Assembly: GCA_965649765.1 (NCBI GenBank)
Contig: OZ287757.1
Coordinates: 35,092,001-35,156,000, forward strand
Source of the DNA: Bispira polyomma
Lineage: Eukaryota
DNA length: 64,000 bases
Direction: 5' to 3'
A program made the translations under genes and the position numbers. A model generated the notes under the pieces. The model ran no database searches. It was not told where the DNA came from and worked only from the letters and a program-made list of their open reading frames with translations. Shown here piece after piece: positions 1 to 13,890 of this stretch (position 1 is the first letter of the stretch; each line of letters starts with the position of its first letter).

Positions 1-631
1 CCAGTTTAATATAAAGCATTAGAAAACAACAAAGTTACCATTCTTATACAAAACAGATTATAATCATCGACAACAGAGGGTTACATTATAACAGGGGATG
101 CACACCAACCAATTAACTAGTGAGATCAAAAGAAAGAATTGTTGTGAACATAAATTAATAGACACATGTGAATATGAATTTATTATTTATATTACAAAAA
201 AAGAATTACAAAAGCAACCAGTTGAAATACTTGTATGATGTTAGTGAACGTGTGATAACATATGGTTCATCAAAAGACATATGTTCATATTAGTGTTCCT
301 GTAATAATATTTTTAATCATATTTTTATTAACTCACTCTCTGTATCCATGATATCAATATCATATACTTCTCTAGTGCAACATCAGGTACTTCTAATGCT
401 CCTGTTACTTGGTACAATTTGTTACCTATGTTTTGTTTCTGTCCAATGATTTTGTTTATTTGTCACAAGAATTACACAAAATCTGCCGGCCTGATTTATA
501 TAAAATTTGGTGGAGGAATAGGGATGGGCCAATAAAGAATTTTAAAAATTTTGGAGTGGATCACTTTTTGGCTTAGCGTCACCTTAGTGGACGTACGTGT
601 TATACCAAGTTTTCTTTTTTTTGCTTTACAG

Positions 632-1495
632 ACTGATCCGTCAGCCAGAAACATGCCACCAGTTATCAACAACAACCTCAGTATACCAACAAATACAAAG
701 GTGCGTGATGGAACGTGTACACATATTAGGCTGCACACAAGACATATTGTATTGATCCATGTTCCAAAATGTGGAAGCAAAGCCATGCATTGTTTGTTCA
801 AAAAGATTTCATATAAAAATGGCTTTGTGGTTAATTCCTTTCACAAGGGGTTAAATATGAGTTATCGGACAACTACAAATGAGCAATACCAGATTGTGAA
901 GGTTGTGGAAACAAAGGGAATAAGGTTGTGTACTAGACATGTCCATTTTGGAGACTTCTTAAAGCTTGGTTTAAACTTCATGTTTAACTATCTCAATTTG
1001 GTACGTAATCCACTTGCAAGATTGATTTCACAGACAGTAATGTACTATTTTATCAGAAAACCAGGATTGTACAAAGCAGAAGGGACTGACACCAGAGTGT
1101 GTTAAAATGACTTTGAATGAATGTGTGGAAAAAGGTCACTATGCATGTAAGGATCCAGGGTATATTTTTAAAATCACTATTCTTCTGTGGCCAGCACACA
1201 AATTGTACCATCCCTTCAGGGTGGGCACTGAACAGGCCATCAGGAGTGTGGAGATGAATGCTGTGAATATTTGGAAAATTTAGATCGGTGTCTGGAACTT
1301 CTAGAGCTAGTTTGGCCGCAGTACTTTCTGGGAGCCAGAAATACTAACACAGATATGATGCAAGGTGATCGCTCAGCATGTTTGAAACAAGAGACAGTAA
1401 AAGGGGAAAGTCGGTCATATAAAAATCAACTCTTAATGAGGGGAAGGTTAGGTACAAGTTCTTTTACTTTATTCAGCTTCTCAAAAGCCGAGTAA
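632..1495 (+). pseudogene. Uronyl 2-/heparan sulfate 2-O-sulfotransferase-like (Sulfotransfer_2 family) exon, frameshifted
   Basis: Strong acceptor ttttcttttttttgctttacag ends at 631. The 5'-PSB motif IHVPKCGS, RHVHF and the 3'-PB motif NLVRNPLARLISQ..YYF lie in ORF 551-1105. Homology continues in other frames (TLNECV, FFCGQH..C...GWAL.QA..VE, LENLDRCLELLELVWPQYF), implying several frameshifts. Confidence 0.8.
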
Positions 1496-1749
1496 CATTA
1501 TATTGTATTAAATTCTGTATTTAAAGTTCCAGGGATCTAATATGTGGCTAGACATCTGTTTACATCTATATCTCTAGTTATATAACACGATGGTGGTGGT
1601 AAAAGTATATTTAATCATATCCATATTGATATCAAAATTCTATTGGCAATAAATCTGTGTATATTATTATGCATTTTTAATGCACTTTATTGATGCTAGG
1701 CATCGTCTAAAGCTTAACAGCAGAATCAGTGATCTAATCGTGTGATTCA

Positions 1750-2016
1750 TTGAGATAACAAAGTCGCAGGGAAGTATGGTGGTGTACAGAAGGGAAAAGT
1801 CTGGTGGGAAGGCCATGGAAATAAGATTGGTTTTAAGCTTTTTCCCACAACCAGTAAGTGTGTCTGATTATCTGAGGTCAACTGGAAGACTGTTCCATAA
1901 CAAGGGAGCTGCATTGGAGAAAGCCTTTCTTGAGGGTTTAACGGAAGAAACAGAGAGTCTATTGCCTCTGTTTAGGTTACTTTAGGTTAGAAGGGAAGCG
2001 AGGTAAGAGGGCTGTA
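1750..2016 (-). mobile_element. L2/CR1-type LINE 3' end relic
   Basis: Minus strand reads QPSYLASLL...RKAFSNAAPLLWNSLPVDLR*SDTLTGCGKKLKTNL, the typical L2 ORF2 C-terminus, with an in-frame stop. Confidence 0.7.
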
Positions 2017-4109
2017 TAGTGACTACATGAATCAGTTGTATTTTCTGGCGACCCAATATAATAGATCCAATTTTTGCAAAGCTCTTCAGGAAATACAGCG
2101 ATTTTATTGGTTCAAACAAGGTTACATCACATCATAGCCCAGGAAATGTGCTATGCCCTCTGTCTGGACTGGGCGGATGAAATATTTCTCAATGATAGAA
2201 AACTACAAAAGCATGTTATATGTGACTGAAAAAAACTGTATTTGGCTATAAATAAAAAATCTTAAGCATGAAATATTATTCTTTAAAAGTATCACAATTA
2301 TATAATATTTGTGTACTTTGATCAAAATAATGAACTGATAGTGAAAAAAACACTATAATATGCTTATTTTAATAATGTTAATAAATAAAATCTTTCAATT
2401 ATTCCAATGCTATAACTACAATAGAAACGGCCCTACATTTATACAAATATATGGAGTGGGGGGGTATTTGTCCTTTACCAGTAGCTTTATACACCTGATT
2501 GGTGGTGATTGAACTTGTTATTTATAATTATAAAAAAATATTCAGCAAATTCTGATGAATTAGCACACTTTCTATAGTTTAAACTCTAACAATGTGAAGT
2601 GTGACATAAAATTCAGGAAATGAAATGAAAATAGACAAAATTAACTATTATAGATTACAATGCACAGGATTGGACACAATAATGTATTTCTGTGTATTAA
2701 TGTACATTGCATACATCTGGATATAGCCTGGATACAATCCTAGAAATTTAGTTCTGTTTTTTCTGTATGTATTATACATTTATATCTGTCTCTATGTAAT
2801 TTGATTTTCTCTCTATGAAGGGTTTGTATTGTACTCTGTATGGGTATGTATTAAATTAAGAGTAATTATTAATGGAGATGAAATAGCAGACATCTAGTTA
2901 AATACAGAAGCCCTTAACACACTAAACAACGTCTGGAAATGAAGTACCTACAAAATTACACTTAACAATGTCATAACAGTAAACAGACAATAGAGGTAGG
3001 AGGCGAGTGTGTTAGCAGCGTTTAATATCAATAAGGAGTCTTTTGGTGAAAGAAAGCAAAACATTGTTACTTTGTCTCTGACTCACCAGTTCCATTGACA
3101 AGTCAGTTAGTGAAATGCAAAGCTTTTATAAACATATTTTATTGCATTAAAACATTTTGTCAATATGAATTAATTTTTTGTGGAAACATATATTAGCTTT
3201 CTAATTGTTCCCTAATACACTAATATGTATTACATATTTACATGTATAGATGACACAATAATGTATCTTACTTGGACATCTAGCTGTGTAGCCAAAATTC
3301 TTACTAGAAACACTTGCATTATTTCTTAGGTTAACAAGTCTTAAACTTAAAATATATCTACTTGTATCACAACCATAAATTTTTAGCTACATGACCTGAG
3401 CTTTTAAAATCGAGATATACATAAACATGCCAATCGTAGTGGCCAGAGGAAACCCAGGATGCACGGCACCGATTCACCAGCAGAGGTCCAGCCTCCTTTT
3501 GCAAATATGATCATTCTTTAAAAAAAAAGATTCAGTATGATCCCTAGGCTCTGCCAACCACTCCATAGCAGATAAAAAGATAATTTATAATAACGGGGGG
3601 AGGGGAGGAGGGTTATTGAGTGAGAGCTTAAACCCAAATGTGGCATCTATTTTGGTAAACCCTAAGTCCCGGTTTTTATAAGCAACCATCTAAAGTTAAA
3701 CATTTGTAAACTTTTTCTTTAATTAGACAGAAACATTAAAGAACTAAAGCCACCATGTGTTTGAGGTATTTTTCCTTGAAAGTGAAAGCGTGTGCAACTA
3801 TAATTCCACACACTTTCAAGAGAGACGAATTATTGGGAATTGATTTACTAGCCAGATTTTTAGGTTTGGTGGTATGTGTTTTTTGACATCTGCCTCTGTA
3901 GCATTGACTTCTCAGACCTTGCAGCAAATATGATTATTCTTTTAAAAAAAGGTCATTAGCGCATGTACCTACATTGGTTCATGCAGCCGTTGCCGATGCT
4001 GCTTCATTACCTACATCACTGAGGTTTTGCTAAAACTAGATAAACTGATTTACAGAATTAATAACATTATGACTGTTGACACATGCTTTATGCATGTTAC
4101 TTAATCTTG

Positions 4110-4945
4110 GAAATATGTTTCAATCCAAATATGAATCTGGCCACTCTACCAAAACAGCTCTCCTCTCCAAAATGAGATAGTTATGTCACTCTCTAATGGC
4201 CATCCTACAGCTCTGGTTTTACTTGATCCATCTGCTACTTTTGACACTATTGACCATCACACTCTCCTAAACTGCCTTGCTTATAGTAACAGTTTGAGTG
4301 GTACTTGATCGGTTCAAATAGTATCATCTCTTTCTGAATCTGACCAACTAAAATTTAGTTTTCCTCAGGGCTCAGTTCTTGGTTTAATCCTTTTCTCATT
4401 ATACAGAAAACCACTTAGTCGTGTATCAGTGCATACAGTTAAATATTACTTTCATGCTGACGATACACATTAACATTAACCTCTCTTCTTCCAGCGCTGC
4501 AACGGCTTTTGATACTCTCAAAACTTGCCTGACAGATATACTGAAATGGATGTTATCAAATAAGCTCAAGCTCAATCCTGACAAAACAGAATTTTTTGTT
4601 TTGGCTCTAGTAAACATTGTACTGAACTATGAAGTTTCTTTCCAATAAACATCCTGGGGAATATGATATCACCTTCAGAAGATGTTGTACATAATCTTGG
4701 AGTCATAATGTTTAATGCTGATTTTTCTTTCAGCAAAAATGTCACTTCCGTCTCTCAATCCTGCTTTGTTAGTCTGAGATATCCAAGACAGGCAACGCTA
4801 TTTGTTGCAGAATACAGAATACTCTAGCTTGTATCATTACTCATACCTCACTCATAAGTATTCCCACCTATCTCCTGTTCTAAGGTTTTACACTGGCTTC
4901 CTGTTAAATGTTAATGTATGTTTAAAACTGCCACACTGGTCTACA
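4110..4945 (+). mobile_element. L2-type LINE reverse transcriptase relic
   Basis: Degenerate motifs GHSTKTALL, LVLLDPSATFDTIDH..LL..L, PQGSVLGLILFSLY, HADDT, WMLSNKLKLNPDKTEF, NLGV and LHWLPV across frameshifts. Confidence 0.85.
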
Positions 4946-6630
4946 ATACAGATTATCAGGTGGTTTGTTTACAACAGTCATGAAACACATGAACTGAGGG
5001 TGTCTAAAGTTCTGCTACAATCCCAGCGATATGTCTGTATTCTCCACGATCAAGATCAGAGAAGTTTACATACCCCTGTATTATTTTCTGATATTACTCC
5101 CCTATTACCAGTATGGTTTGCCATGACCAGGTGTATGCGGTCTCTGACATCAGACGTCCACTTTGAGACAACGATTTTTATCTCTCTTTATATTTTGTGT
5201 TTATTAGTTCCCAAGTATCAGACTGCGAATTGTGACGCACAATTAGCCAAAAATTGTCAAAAAAGATGAATGTCAGATCTGGGTTGCTACGGTGGCTTGG
5301 ATTGAGAGATATGGTGTGCATTCATTTTTATTTGTAAACATAAATTAACAAAGTCATATTGTCACAGGGGACAACGCAAGTTAAAAAACAAATGCTTGTG
5401 TGTCTATGGCAATTAATGGGGTAATTTAGAAAAAACTTTAACTTCCACAATACACGTCACCCAGCAGGAGGTATCGTGCTCATCCACTCATACATAATAA
5501 ATGCAGAATACTCTCAGAGCACATGTGTAACCCAACTTACACACATGGCAGATACCTAATGGGTAAAAATATATTTTGTGGCATAAATTCCTTTGATAAA
5601 ATCCAGCTGTGAGCCTGCGATCATAGTGAGTATGCTATGGATACCTACTTATGAATGTGTGTGACACTTACAATTTCAGAGAGTGAGTATTGTGATCCCT
5701 ATCTAAAAATTGCGGTCAAACACTTGATTAGTGTCTTGTGTGTTCCAAGTTTATTTCTTACCGGTGGCTTCCTAGCTTGCATTTCGATTATCGCGGTCAA
5801 ATATTTAATTAGTGTCACTGTTAATTTGTAGCTTGTGAGTGTGTTATACTTACCTAGAACGTTTATTGCTTATGTGTCATGATGGAAGTACATTTATTGC
5901 TTGTCAGATTCTACTATAAAAGGCCGCCGCACTTTTAGAAATTCATTTAGTTCAGTCATTGTCATTGAAGAGTAAACATCTACATTTTTGCTGGGATATA
6001 ATACTTATTATTGACAATTATTGAAAAGATTATTATTGAAAGATTATTATAATAATATTTTTTTACATTTGAGAATTAATTTAAGAAATTCATGATGCCT
6101 CCAAACCCTTTAGGAGTGAGGTCGAAGATGAAGCAGAAGAGGGCTCAGCCTTTGGTGCCAGAGGAGCCTCTACCTGCCATTCAGGAAGGAGCAGCTGAAG
6201 AACATGTCCTTTCATCATCTGCTGCTGCTCCTAGTGCTCCGGTATCCCTGTGCGGTACGAAGTTTTCTATTTATTATTTTTGTAGTAAGAAATGTAATAT
6301 ATTATGTAATGGTGATGTAATTGTAAAATTTAAATAGTAATAAGATTGAATGTAATTTTGTATATTGTATACTGCCAGTAATAGAAAATTGTCTATCATT
6401 GTAGCTTCATTCAAGAATGACAGCTAATATTTGCCTGGCTATTGAACCTGTATCTTAACTCTGAAAAGTAGCCGTTGATAAATATTATATGAAAAGCCAA
6501 TTCATCATTGAACGATGAATACAATAGCACAGATTTAAAACATAATAGATTGATTACAAATATTCTGTGGGTTTCTGTAAAAATGATAAAAATAATGTGT
6601 TAACTTACCTTCATTACCAGTACCATATTA

Positions 6631-6798
6631 TCAACATAAACAGAATATGATCAAGAGATAATGTATCCATGTTAACGAAATATATGTACTTATTTGATCA
6701 CCTTTTGCACGATTCCTATGAGAAACTCCTGATATCCAAGTCTCAAATGAAAAGTTATTATTGGCTAATGTCGTTTTTGCTGCTGCCAGGACCAAAGG
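6631..6798 (-). CDS. Candidate terminal exon of the EF-hand gene at 7419-7571, with a hydrophobic C-terminal tail
   Basis: Acceptor ttttttttag at 6799-6808. Phase-0 open frame PLVLAAAKTTLANNNFSFETWISGVSHRNRAKGDQISTYISLTWIHYLLIIFCLC* joins in phase with the upstream EF exon. Confidence 0.4.
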   Translation of the reverse strand, partial: PLVLAAAKTTLANNNFSFETWISGVSHRNRAKGDQISTYISLTWIHYLLIIFCLC

Positions 6799-7418
6799 CT
6801 AAAAAAAATTTGGATTTTTCAGTATTTTATTAGCAGTTATTTTAGTTAAGTAAAATGTCTAATAATATGTTAATTTATTTTGCATTATAAAATCACTTGT
6901 TCAAAAAATGTGTTAATAATCCAATCAATACCAAGTTATGTGACTCCAACTTGACTTCATAATAATTCAAATTACTGAACATAAGAGCAAATTAACTTAA
7001 TATTTGTAGCATTGTACCTCTGACAGATCAAATGTAAAACCTACATATTGACGAATGAAAGTAACAATATGTCCCTATGTTAGCTGATGTAACTTTCTAA
7101 TTCATTGTAAATTATCAGCAGTTGACAACTAAGTTTTATTGTAAACTCAGTCTCTCTGATTCATGAGAGGCGAATTCTTTACTCAGTTATAAGTAATAAA
7201 TTTCATAATTTAAAAGAAAGTCAGATTTGTACATTCAGTGGTATGTGTTTGTGACAGCTGCCTCTTCAACATTGACTTATCAGACATTTCCTGCAGTAAA
7301 ACAGCCCCTTGCAGCCAAGACGTTAATCTGAGTAAATAACATGTATTAATTCACTGAATTTGAGAAAAGCTACTGTTATATTAATAATAAATGCACAGTG
7401 ATCATACACCACACTGAC

Positions 7419-7571
7419 CTGCAGAGCAGCTACACCATGGCGTAGTACTCTTAGTTTATCTTCTAATTCTGCAGATGACAGGTAACCGTCACCATTCTTG
7501 TCTATCTCAGTAAAGCATTCTGCAGTAGGTGCCGTAAAATCACATTCCGCCATTGCATTCCAACCCACGAA
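7419..7571 (-). CDS. EF-hand-encoding exon of a probably degraded calcium-binding protein gene
   Basis: 153-bp phase 0/0 exon bounded by tttgtag| and cag|gtcagt. It encodes FVGWNAMAECDFTAPTAECFTEIDKNGDGYLSSAELEDKLRVLRHGVAALQ with the canonical EF loop DKNGDGYLSSAE. Candidate upstream exons (about 7761-7857 and 8033-8273) contain stops or frameshifts. Confidence 0.7.
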
Positions 7572-9500
7572 CTACAAATATTTTATTTAAAACATTACGG
7601 ACACCATCATTACAGTTTGAAATTGCTACCTTTTTTAACAATGGCAAAATATTCAGTCAGTTGTGTACTCGATATAAGTTGCAATCATTGCTGTTGACAT
7701 GCTGAAAGCCTAATGTTTGTAAAATGGGTAAAAAGTTATGCAGCATTTAAAAGGTTCACCTCTGAAGTGGGCAACAGGACAATTTCGTTAAATAGAGATT
7801 TGGACACGGAATTTAAATATGAAGTCACATTTCAGATAGGTTTATGGTATCCATAGCTATAGAGAAACCATATTCGAGTTGAACTTTTATTTCGAGAATA
7901 CGGATCCTGACCTTACCTAACTCTGGCTTTAGTTGCATCTCCAAATGTCACAAGGTGTCAATTACACAGTTCAACTTCAATTTCCCATGACTGATGGCAT
8001 TTTTGAGATGGTAATGAATTAGAATTACTTACCAATAACTAACGAATCATCTGAGCTTCTTACCCTTTGCTCATGATAGAATCTATACTTTTTATTAAAG
8101 TCTTTTTATATAAATCGATGCTTTTATAAGCTGTTTTGTGAATACTATTTTCTGTATGTACCAGGGTCAATGTGCTTATGCAGTTTTTACCATTTTGACT
8201 ATCAAGAGTTTGAACATGATGCTGCCAATCGTCATGATTGCTGTCAAGTTGTTTCTGTGTCCCACGGAGTAATCTAAAAGTAATACATATAGATATGAAT
8301 ATTTGTCATTCATCTTATGTATTGTATCTTCACTGTCATTAGTTGACTTGTTATGCCATTTCCTAGAATTAACTTTCTAGAATGAATCTAGGAAGGAGAA
8401 CAGATAGACACCTGTCACTGTCGTGATTTCTTGACTATGATGTTCCTCTTTTTGTCTATTTGAAACCATTGCATATTCTAAGTGTATGCCAAATGTTTGT
8501 TTTGCATAACTAGCTGCAGAAGTGCAAGTGCTACATATAAGATTTACATATGACTTTGTAGGTGATTGCAAGATTCTTGGTGCTAAACCTCAGAAAATAA
8601 TAGATACAGACAATATCTTTGTATCACTTTAATACCTTATTTCCCTATTGGATAGTTATAGACACTTGCCCCATTTCCTTACTTCTCCACACGTTTTATC
8701 CACTCTGATCTTTGTCACATAATAATAATAATACTAAAATAATAATAATCTTTACTCTTGTATACATGAAAGATGATACAGAAAAAAAATTATGAACATC
8801 AATTACAAATTAAACAGAAGGAATCATCTTATGATTAAACATTATTATTATTCGATACAGACACAGGATAACATTTCATTTATCACAGATAAAGTAAGCA
8901 TAGTTTTATTTGAATCTCTAACATAAATCTCTAAGCATAAATCTATAATATTTCCCATAATTTTAACATTTTCTTAATTGAACTGAGAACTTAAACCAGA
9001 GGATACATAACTAAATTTAAATAAACAAAACCTACTTGGTCCTTTCTGAGGTTATATTCATAACATAGTCTGTGGGACACATTTATTATCACTTTTTAGA
9101 ACACTCTGTAGAAATTTCCAAAAAGGCCTATCTAACTGAACATCAACAGGAAAGTTGTCACATATCAGCGGTAACAATGCGAACTATTGTAAGGTAACTT
9201 TCATAACAACTGATATTTCATGAAAATGATAATTGGGTTTATTTGCAGCATGAGTTAAAATTTTGTTTTACTGTAAAACTAGATGCTTTGGTTGAGTGAC
9301 TCACTATTATAGCAATGATTTTGTGTTTGTTGTGACACAAGCGATAGTAAATAAGATAATAACGTACAAATTACTATGTTCACTAAAATATGTCGGCATA
9401 TATCTTTAAATATTAAAGGATTATATGATAAAGACAAAAAGTTGATATTTAAAAATCACTCAATATTTAAATTCAAACATATTGTGTAAATGTTACATAC

Positions 9501-9560
9501 CTGTTTTCCTTGTTCCAGGGGATAAAAATGAATGTAGACTAACCAACCTCCTTTTATATG
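9501..9560 (-). promoter_or_regulatory. Candidate TATA box, Inr and short non-coding first exon
   Basis: On the minus strand, TATAAAA (9558-9552) lies about 25-30 nt before tcattt, followed by ...ggaaaacag|gtatgt with the donor at 9500. Confidence 0.45.
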
Positions 9561-10379
9561 TTATGCAGATGATTTTTATTGACAGGTATAAACCATTTGT
9601 CTGCAATTAAAAGTCTGCTAAAATTTTATTTAAATTTTAAACATACATTGATTACTAATCTTTTCACATTAAGTTTACCATAAATCCATGAGTTAGCGAT
9701 TTAAAATTTTCAAGTTTAATGATGGTTATTGCTTGTATTGGTTACCTTTGTAACTTATTATTATATCTCATTAATGGAGAAAGACGATTTTGCTTTGCTT
9801 ATTGTCAATATTCTCTCAAGTTTATTAGCCTATTGTAATATTATGGACAACCATAATTGTAATTTCTTTGTAAACAGATGGTTTTGATGAAAGCAGTGAT
9901 AATTAAATCTCTCTGTACTTGTTTTACTTAAATCTAAACAAACATCATTTGTGTGCAACTGTTTGGAATAATTGAACTGTTTAATGGTGGAGCGAGGCAT
10001 CAATAATAAAATTTCCATTTGGGAAATCAGTTAATCATAATTCTAGTCATTACTATACCTAAATTATTAATTCAATATATCACATTACTTTAATCTTCAT
10101 TGTATCTTATTAATAAAATGATTACTACCTCAGTGTACTAAATGTTTGATATTATTCACGTCTGATTATTATCATTAACTTGAATCCTATCACTGTAATG
10201 TGCTCATCTGGTTTTACTACGTTGTCTAGATTCATTGGTAAACCATATTTTTCAACTATTTCACACAATACGTCAACACAAACCTTCATTAGCCACATTG
10301 TCTGCAAAACATGCAAACATATCTTTAATGTAATTACATACTCTAAAATCTCTATTATTTATTATATATCTAAAATAAT

Positions 10380-10600
10380 CTGACACTTTTTGAAAAATGG
10401 CTGTGCCGTTAAATGCCCCCAAAACCAGCGCTTTGTCAACATAAAATGCTCCATCTACTTTGGTGCCACATTTAATGACATCTCTGGGTCCACCTTAAAA
10501 AGCTCTACTGACATCAATGTTTACCAATCTAGGGTCTCCTCGACAATCTAGTACATCTTTGATTGAATGGTCTACTATAAACTCCATCATATGTGTATTT
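10380..10600 (-). mobile_element. DIRS-like retroelement RT fragment
   Basis: Minus strand reads LVNIDVSRAF..KVDPRDVIKCGTKVDGAFYVDKALVLGAFNGTAIFQKVSD, collinear with the RT of the element at 12555-12992. Confidence 0.6.
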
Positions 10601-11512
10601 TGCAAACGAAGTGAAACCTGCAAACCCCACACATACTCCCTGTGCATGTCCCAAAATTATGTTTATTATCTGTCTGAATGAATCCTCAGTCACGAGTTGA
10701 CTAAGGTGTATTTGACCATAGATAGAAGTAAAAAAAATTAATTTTAGACACAGATTTTAAGTTTTTCAATATCTCTTTTATGGATTGATTTTGAGGTTTG
10801 TGGTGAATTATCATCCTTTTGGAAGAGAGGGTCTGTGGATATTGGATTTTAGACTTCAGACTTTGGATTTACATTACTTTTAACATATTGGGTTATATGT
10901 CACGCCCAGATTTATTAGTGGAGGAGACCAGTACTATTTCCATTATAAATCACCAAACTACAGCAACTATCCGGAAAATTATCCCACACAAACTAAAGCA
11001 AGCAGTGTTATTCAATCCAGCTGTCCCGAAAGTAATAAAATTTAAGAAATGTTGCAGAAAATAATCAGTTTTAAAATAAAATTGATAAATGGATTGAAAG
11101 ATTGCAAACTGACTGGAACAGAATACAAAGAAATACTAGTATAAAACTGTTAACAAAATTGTTAATTCTATTCATAATTTACATACAATGGAGCTTAACA
11201 TTTTGCTTGTAATGTTTGTGTTCATTCCATACCAGACAACATCGTCTATATGACTGTCCTACTGCAGTAGTGCAGTCCAGTGGTGGTGACATAATTTGTA
11301 AGTTAATGGTAAAGTTTAATTAAAGATTAAAAAGATTCAGTTTGAGGTTTTTAGTTTATACGTTAGTAAAATATACATGTTGACAATAAAAGTCAGTTTA
11401 AATTTAATATGAAAAACATTTTTAGCCCCAAGCCCAACTAAAAAGGTGAAATAGCAGCGGCAAAAGTGAGAGGCACCACTGAGACAGCTTAGGAGATTTG
11501 TTAAAGGTGAAC

Positions 11513-12200
11513 CTATACAGCTGATGACCTCCAGAGGTCATGGGACATAATGTTTTGGAGAGATAAATTTTTATTAAAGGTGAATGTCGCGCCTGATCTT
11601 CTAAAAGTGTGAAATCTGTGTGACTGGTATGGAATTCCTATGTGTGATAGCACCTTCTGTAGACTAAATCTTATATGTGTTCCTACTACTGGGTGAAATG
11701 GTGGTAAATAAGCTGCAAAAGGCGGTGCAGTGGGAGGAAGTGGTATGAACAAAATAAATTGCAGAATGACATGAGCACCAGGTGAAGCAAATATAATGTT
11801 CTGTGTAATGAAGTGTCTAGATGCCTCAAATGATGCTCTAGTGTAGGATGCCAAATTGGATAACCTCAGAGAGCCAAAAAATGCTATGACAAATATAGCT
11901 CTAAAAAGTACTGGATTTTGTAGTATTTGACATGCTTGAGATATCTGTGTCAGCTGGTGTATGTCAAATAAGCCCTTGGGTCTAGGCGGAAATAGGAATT
12001 AATAGTAACATTCCTTGTGAAAAGGGAAACAGAATTGTGTGTAAATGGAGCAATATTACATTGCAATTTGTAGGCCATGAATTTAAAAAATGAAAGGTAA
12101 TTTCCAACCACAAAAAGTAAGAGGTTATTCTGTTTCAAATACTCTTAAAACACAAGCATTGAGGCCACATTAATGTGTTGAATCCATGCAACATGTAGGA
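11513..12200 (-). pseudogene. Tyrosine recombinase of the DIRS-like element (disrupted)
   Basis: H-x-x-R-R-x-G-A-T and W-x-S-x-A-V catalytic-end motifs, with upstream FFGSLRLSNL-like box I in another frame. Confidence 0.75.
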
Positions 12201-13749
12201 ACGCTAGGAAAGTTTTAAATTGGCTGCTGTAAGCTGCTGTTTTCTTTGGTCTTAATGCTGGGGCATCCACAATTACATTATGTTTGCTGGAATATGTTGT
12301 ATATTATTGATTATGTCATATGTGGCAGCAAAAAGCCAAATGTTCCTCAAACATGAGGCCAGGAAATCATCCTTAGTTCTGTCATCATTTTTTTCTTGTT
12401 TAATGGGAAGACCTAAAAATTCCAACAGTTGAGTCAAAATTTCAAAACCCTTGTGAGCTTCCACCCTGTTGGAGATGCAAATATAATCGCCTGTATAGCA
12501 GAACATGTTATAACTGCGTTGCCACATATGTGACGCAATTGTGTCAAAACAGCATTAGAAAGCTGTGCTATCATGGACCCAGCTCAATGCCACCATCGGA
12601 TCTATGTATCTAGCATCCTTTAACTTGATTCCTAATTTAGGGGCGTCAACTAAATCACACCGCAAATTGCAGAATGCGCTGTCTACTTTGAACAAAACAG
12701 GGTCATCTGTAAACTTAATCTCATTATTCGTCTGAAATTTAAGAATAAACCTTATGCCATCAAATAATGTTTTGTCAACATTCTCATTCACAGACTGTCC
12801 ATGCGGGTATGAAAGGTTTAAAATTACCCTATGACTGGTAATGAACCTGGGACATGTAAGAAGCTCTAAACAATGATAATGCGAGGATCTAACCTCTTTT
12901 ACTGGTCCCAACATGGTACCCTTCCTACATTCTTTATTCAGATATTCTCCTACACTTTGTGTGTGCTGGAGGGCAGAGTAGTGATTAACCACACAGCTGT
13001 TGTTAAGAAAATCAGTGTTGGTAACAGAGAGACGAACCCTGAATTTTATATATTGACAAAGCAGCTTGTCTGGGTATTCCCTTAAAACATCTTCTCTTTT
13101 ATGTTTGGGCCTGAAAGGAACGGGTATTCTAGCTTGTCTTTAATCGGGGACTGCAGTATCTCTAATAACAGAGGCGACCTACAGCATGTCTTCTGCTGAG
13201 TTAATTTTCTTAGGTGGTCTATCAGAGACAACAAATGTGAATTCACTGTAAGAAAGTGCCAGGAACCCCATTTTTTGTCTGGGTCATTAATGTTCTTAAC
13301 CTGTTTGTAAGGAACCTTACTGATTTGTGCGTTCTGAATTATTTGGATGAAGTCATCGTCCAACAGATTCATGTACATTTTATCACAATAAAGACAATTC
13401 AAAGCCTTTTGTGCTATCTTCACAGCCATCTGACCCACTGTTGACATTAATTATTTCACAATTACTATTATCAATTAGTGAGGTAATAGTCATATATTTG
13501 TCATAATCATACCCAATCTGCTTGATGCATGTATTATCCCTCTTGGAATAATAGAATGTATCAGCTGCTTTCTATGCCACGTGAGGTGTTGAATTTCCAC
13601 ATCCATGTTGTAAATTGCATTTAGTGACAGTATTTGAATCAAAATTATGGGTTGAAAAGTTTGAATAATAATAATTCAATAATAAGTTATTGGGTGAAAA
13701 TTCAACACCGATATACATATGGTTGGCAGCAGTCACATCATTAAATAAT

Positions 13750-13890
13750 AAAATAACCCATGAACTGACCACCTATCCCTGACACACATAAAACATGAAA
13801 ATAGCCCATGAACTGACCACCCCTATTCCTGATGCACATAATACATGAAAATAACCAATAAACTTACCACCCCTATCTTGATGTACACAA
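13750..13890. repeat. About 48-50 bp tandem repeat, 3 copies, inside the DIRS element
   Basis: aaaata(a/g)cccatgaactgaccacc..tat.cctga..cacata..acatg is repeated three times. Confidence 0.8.
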
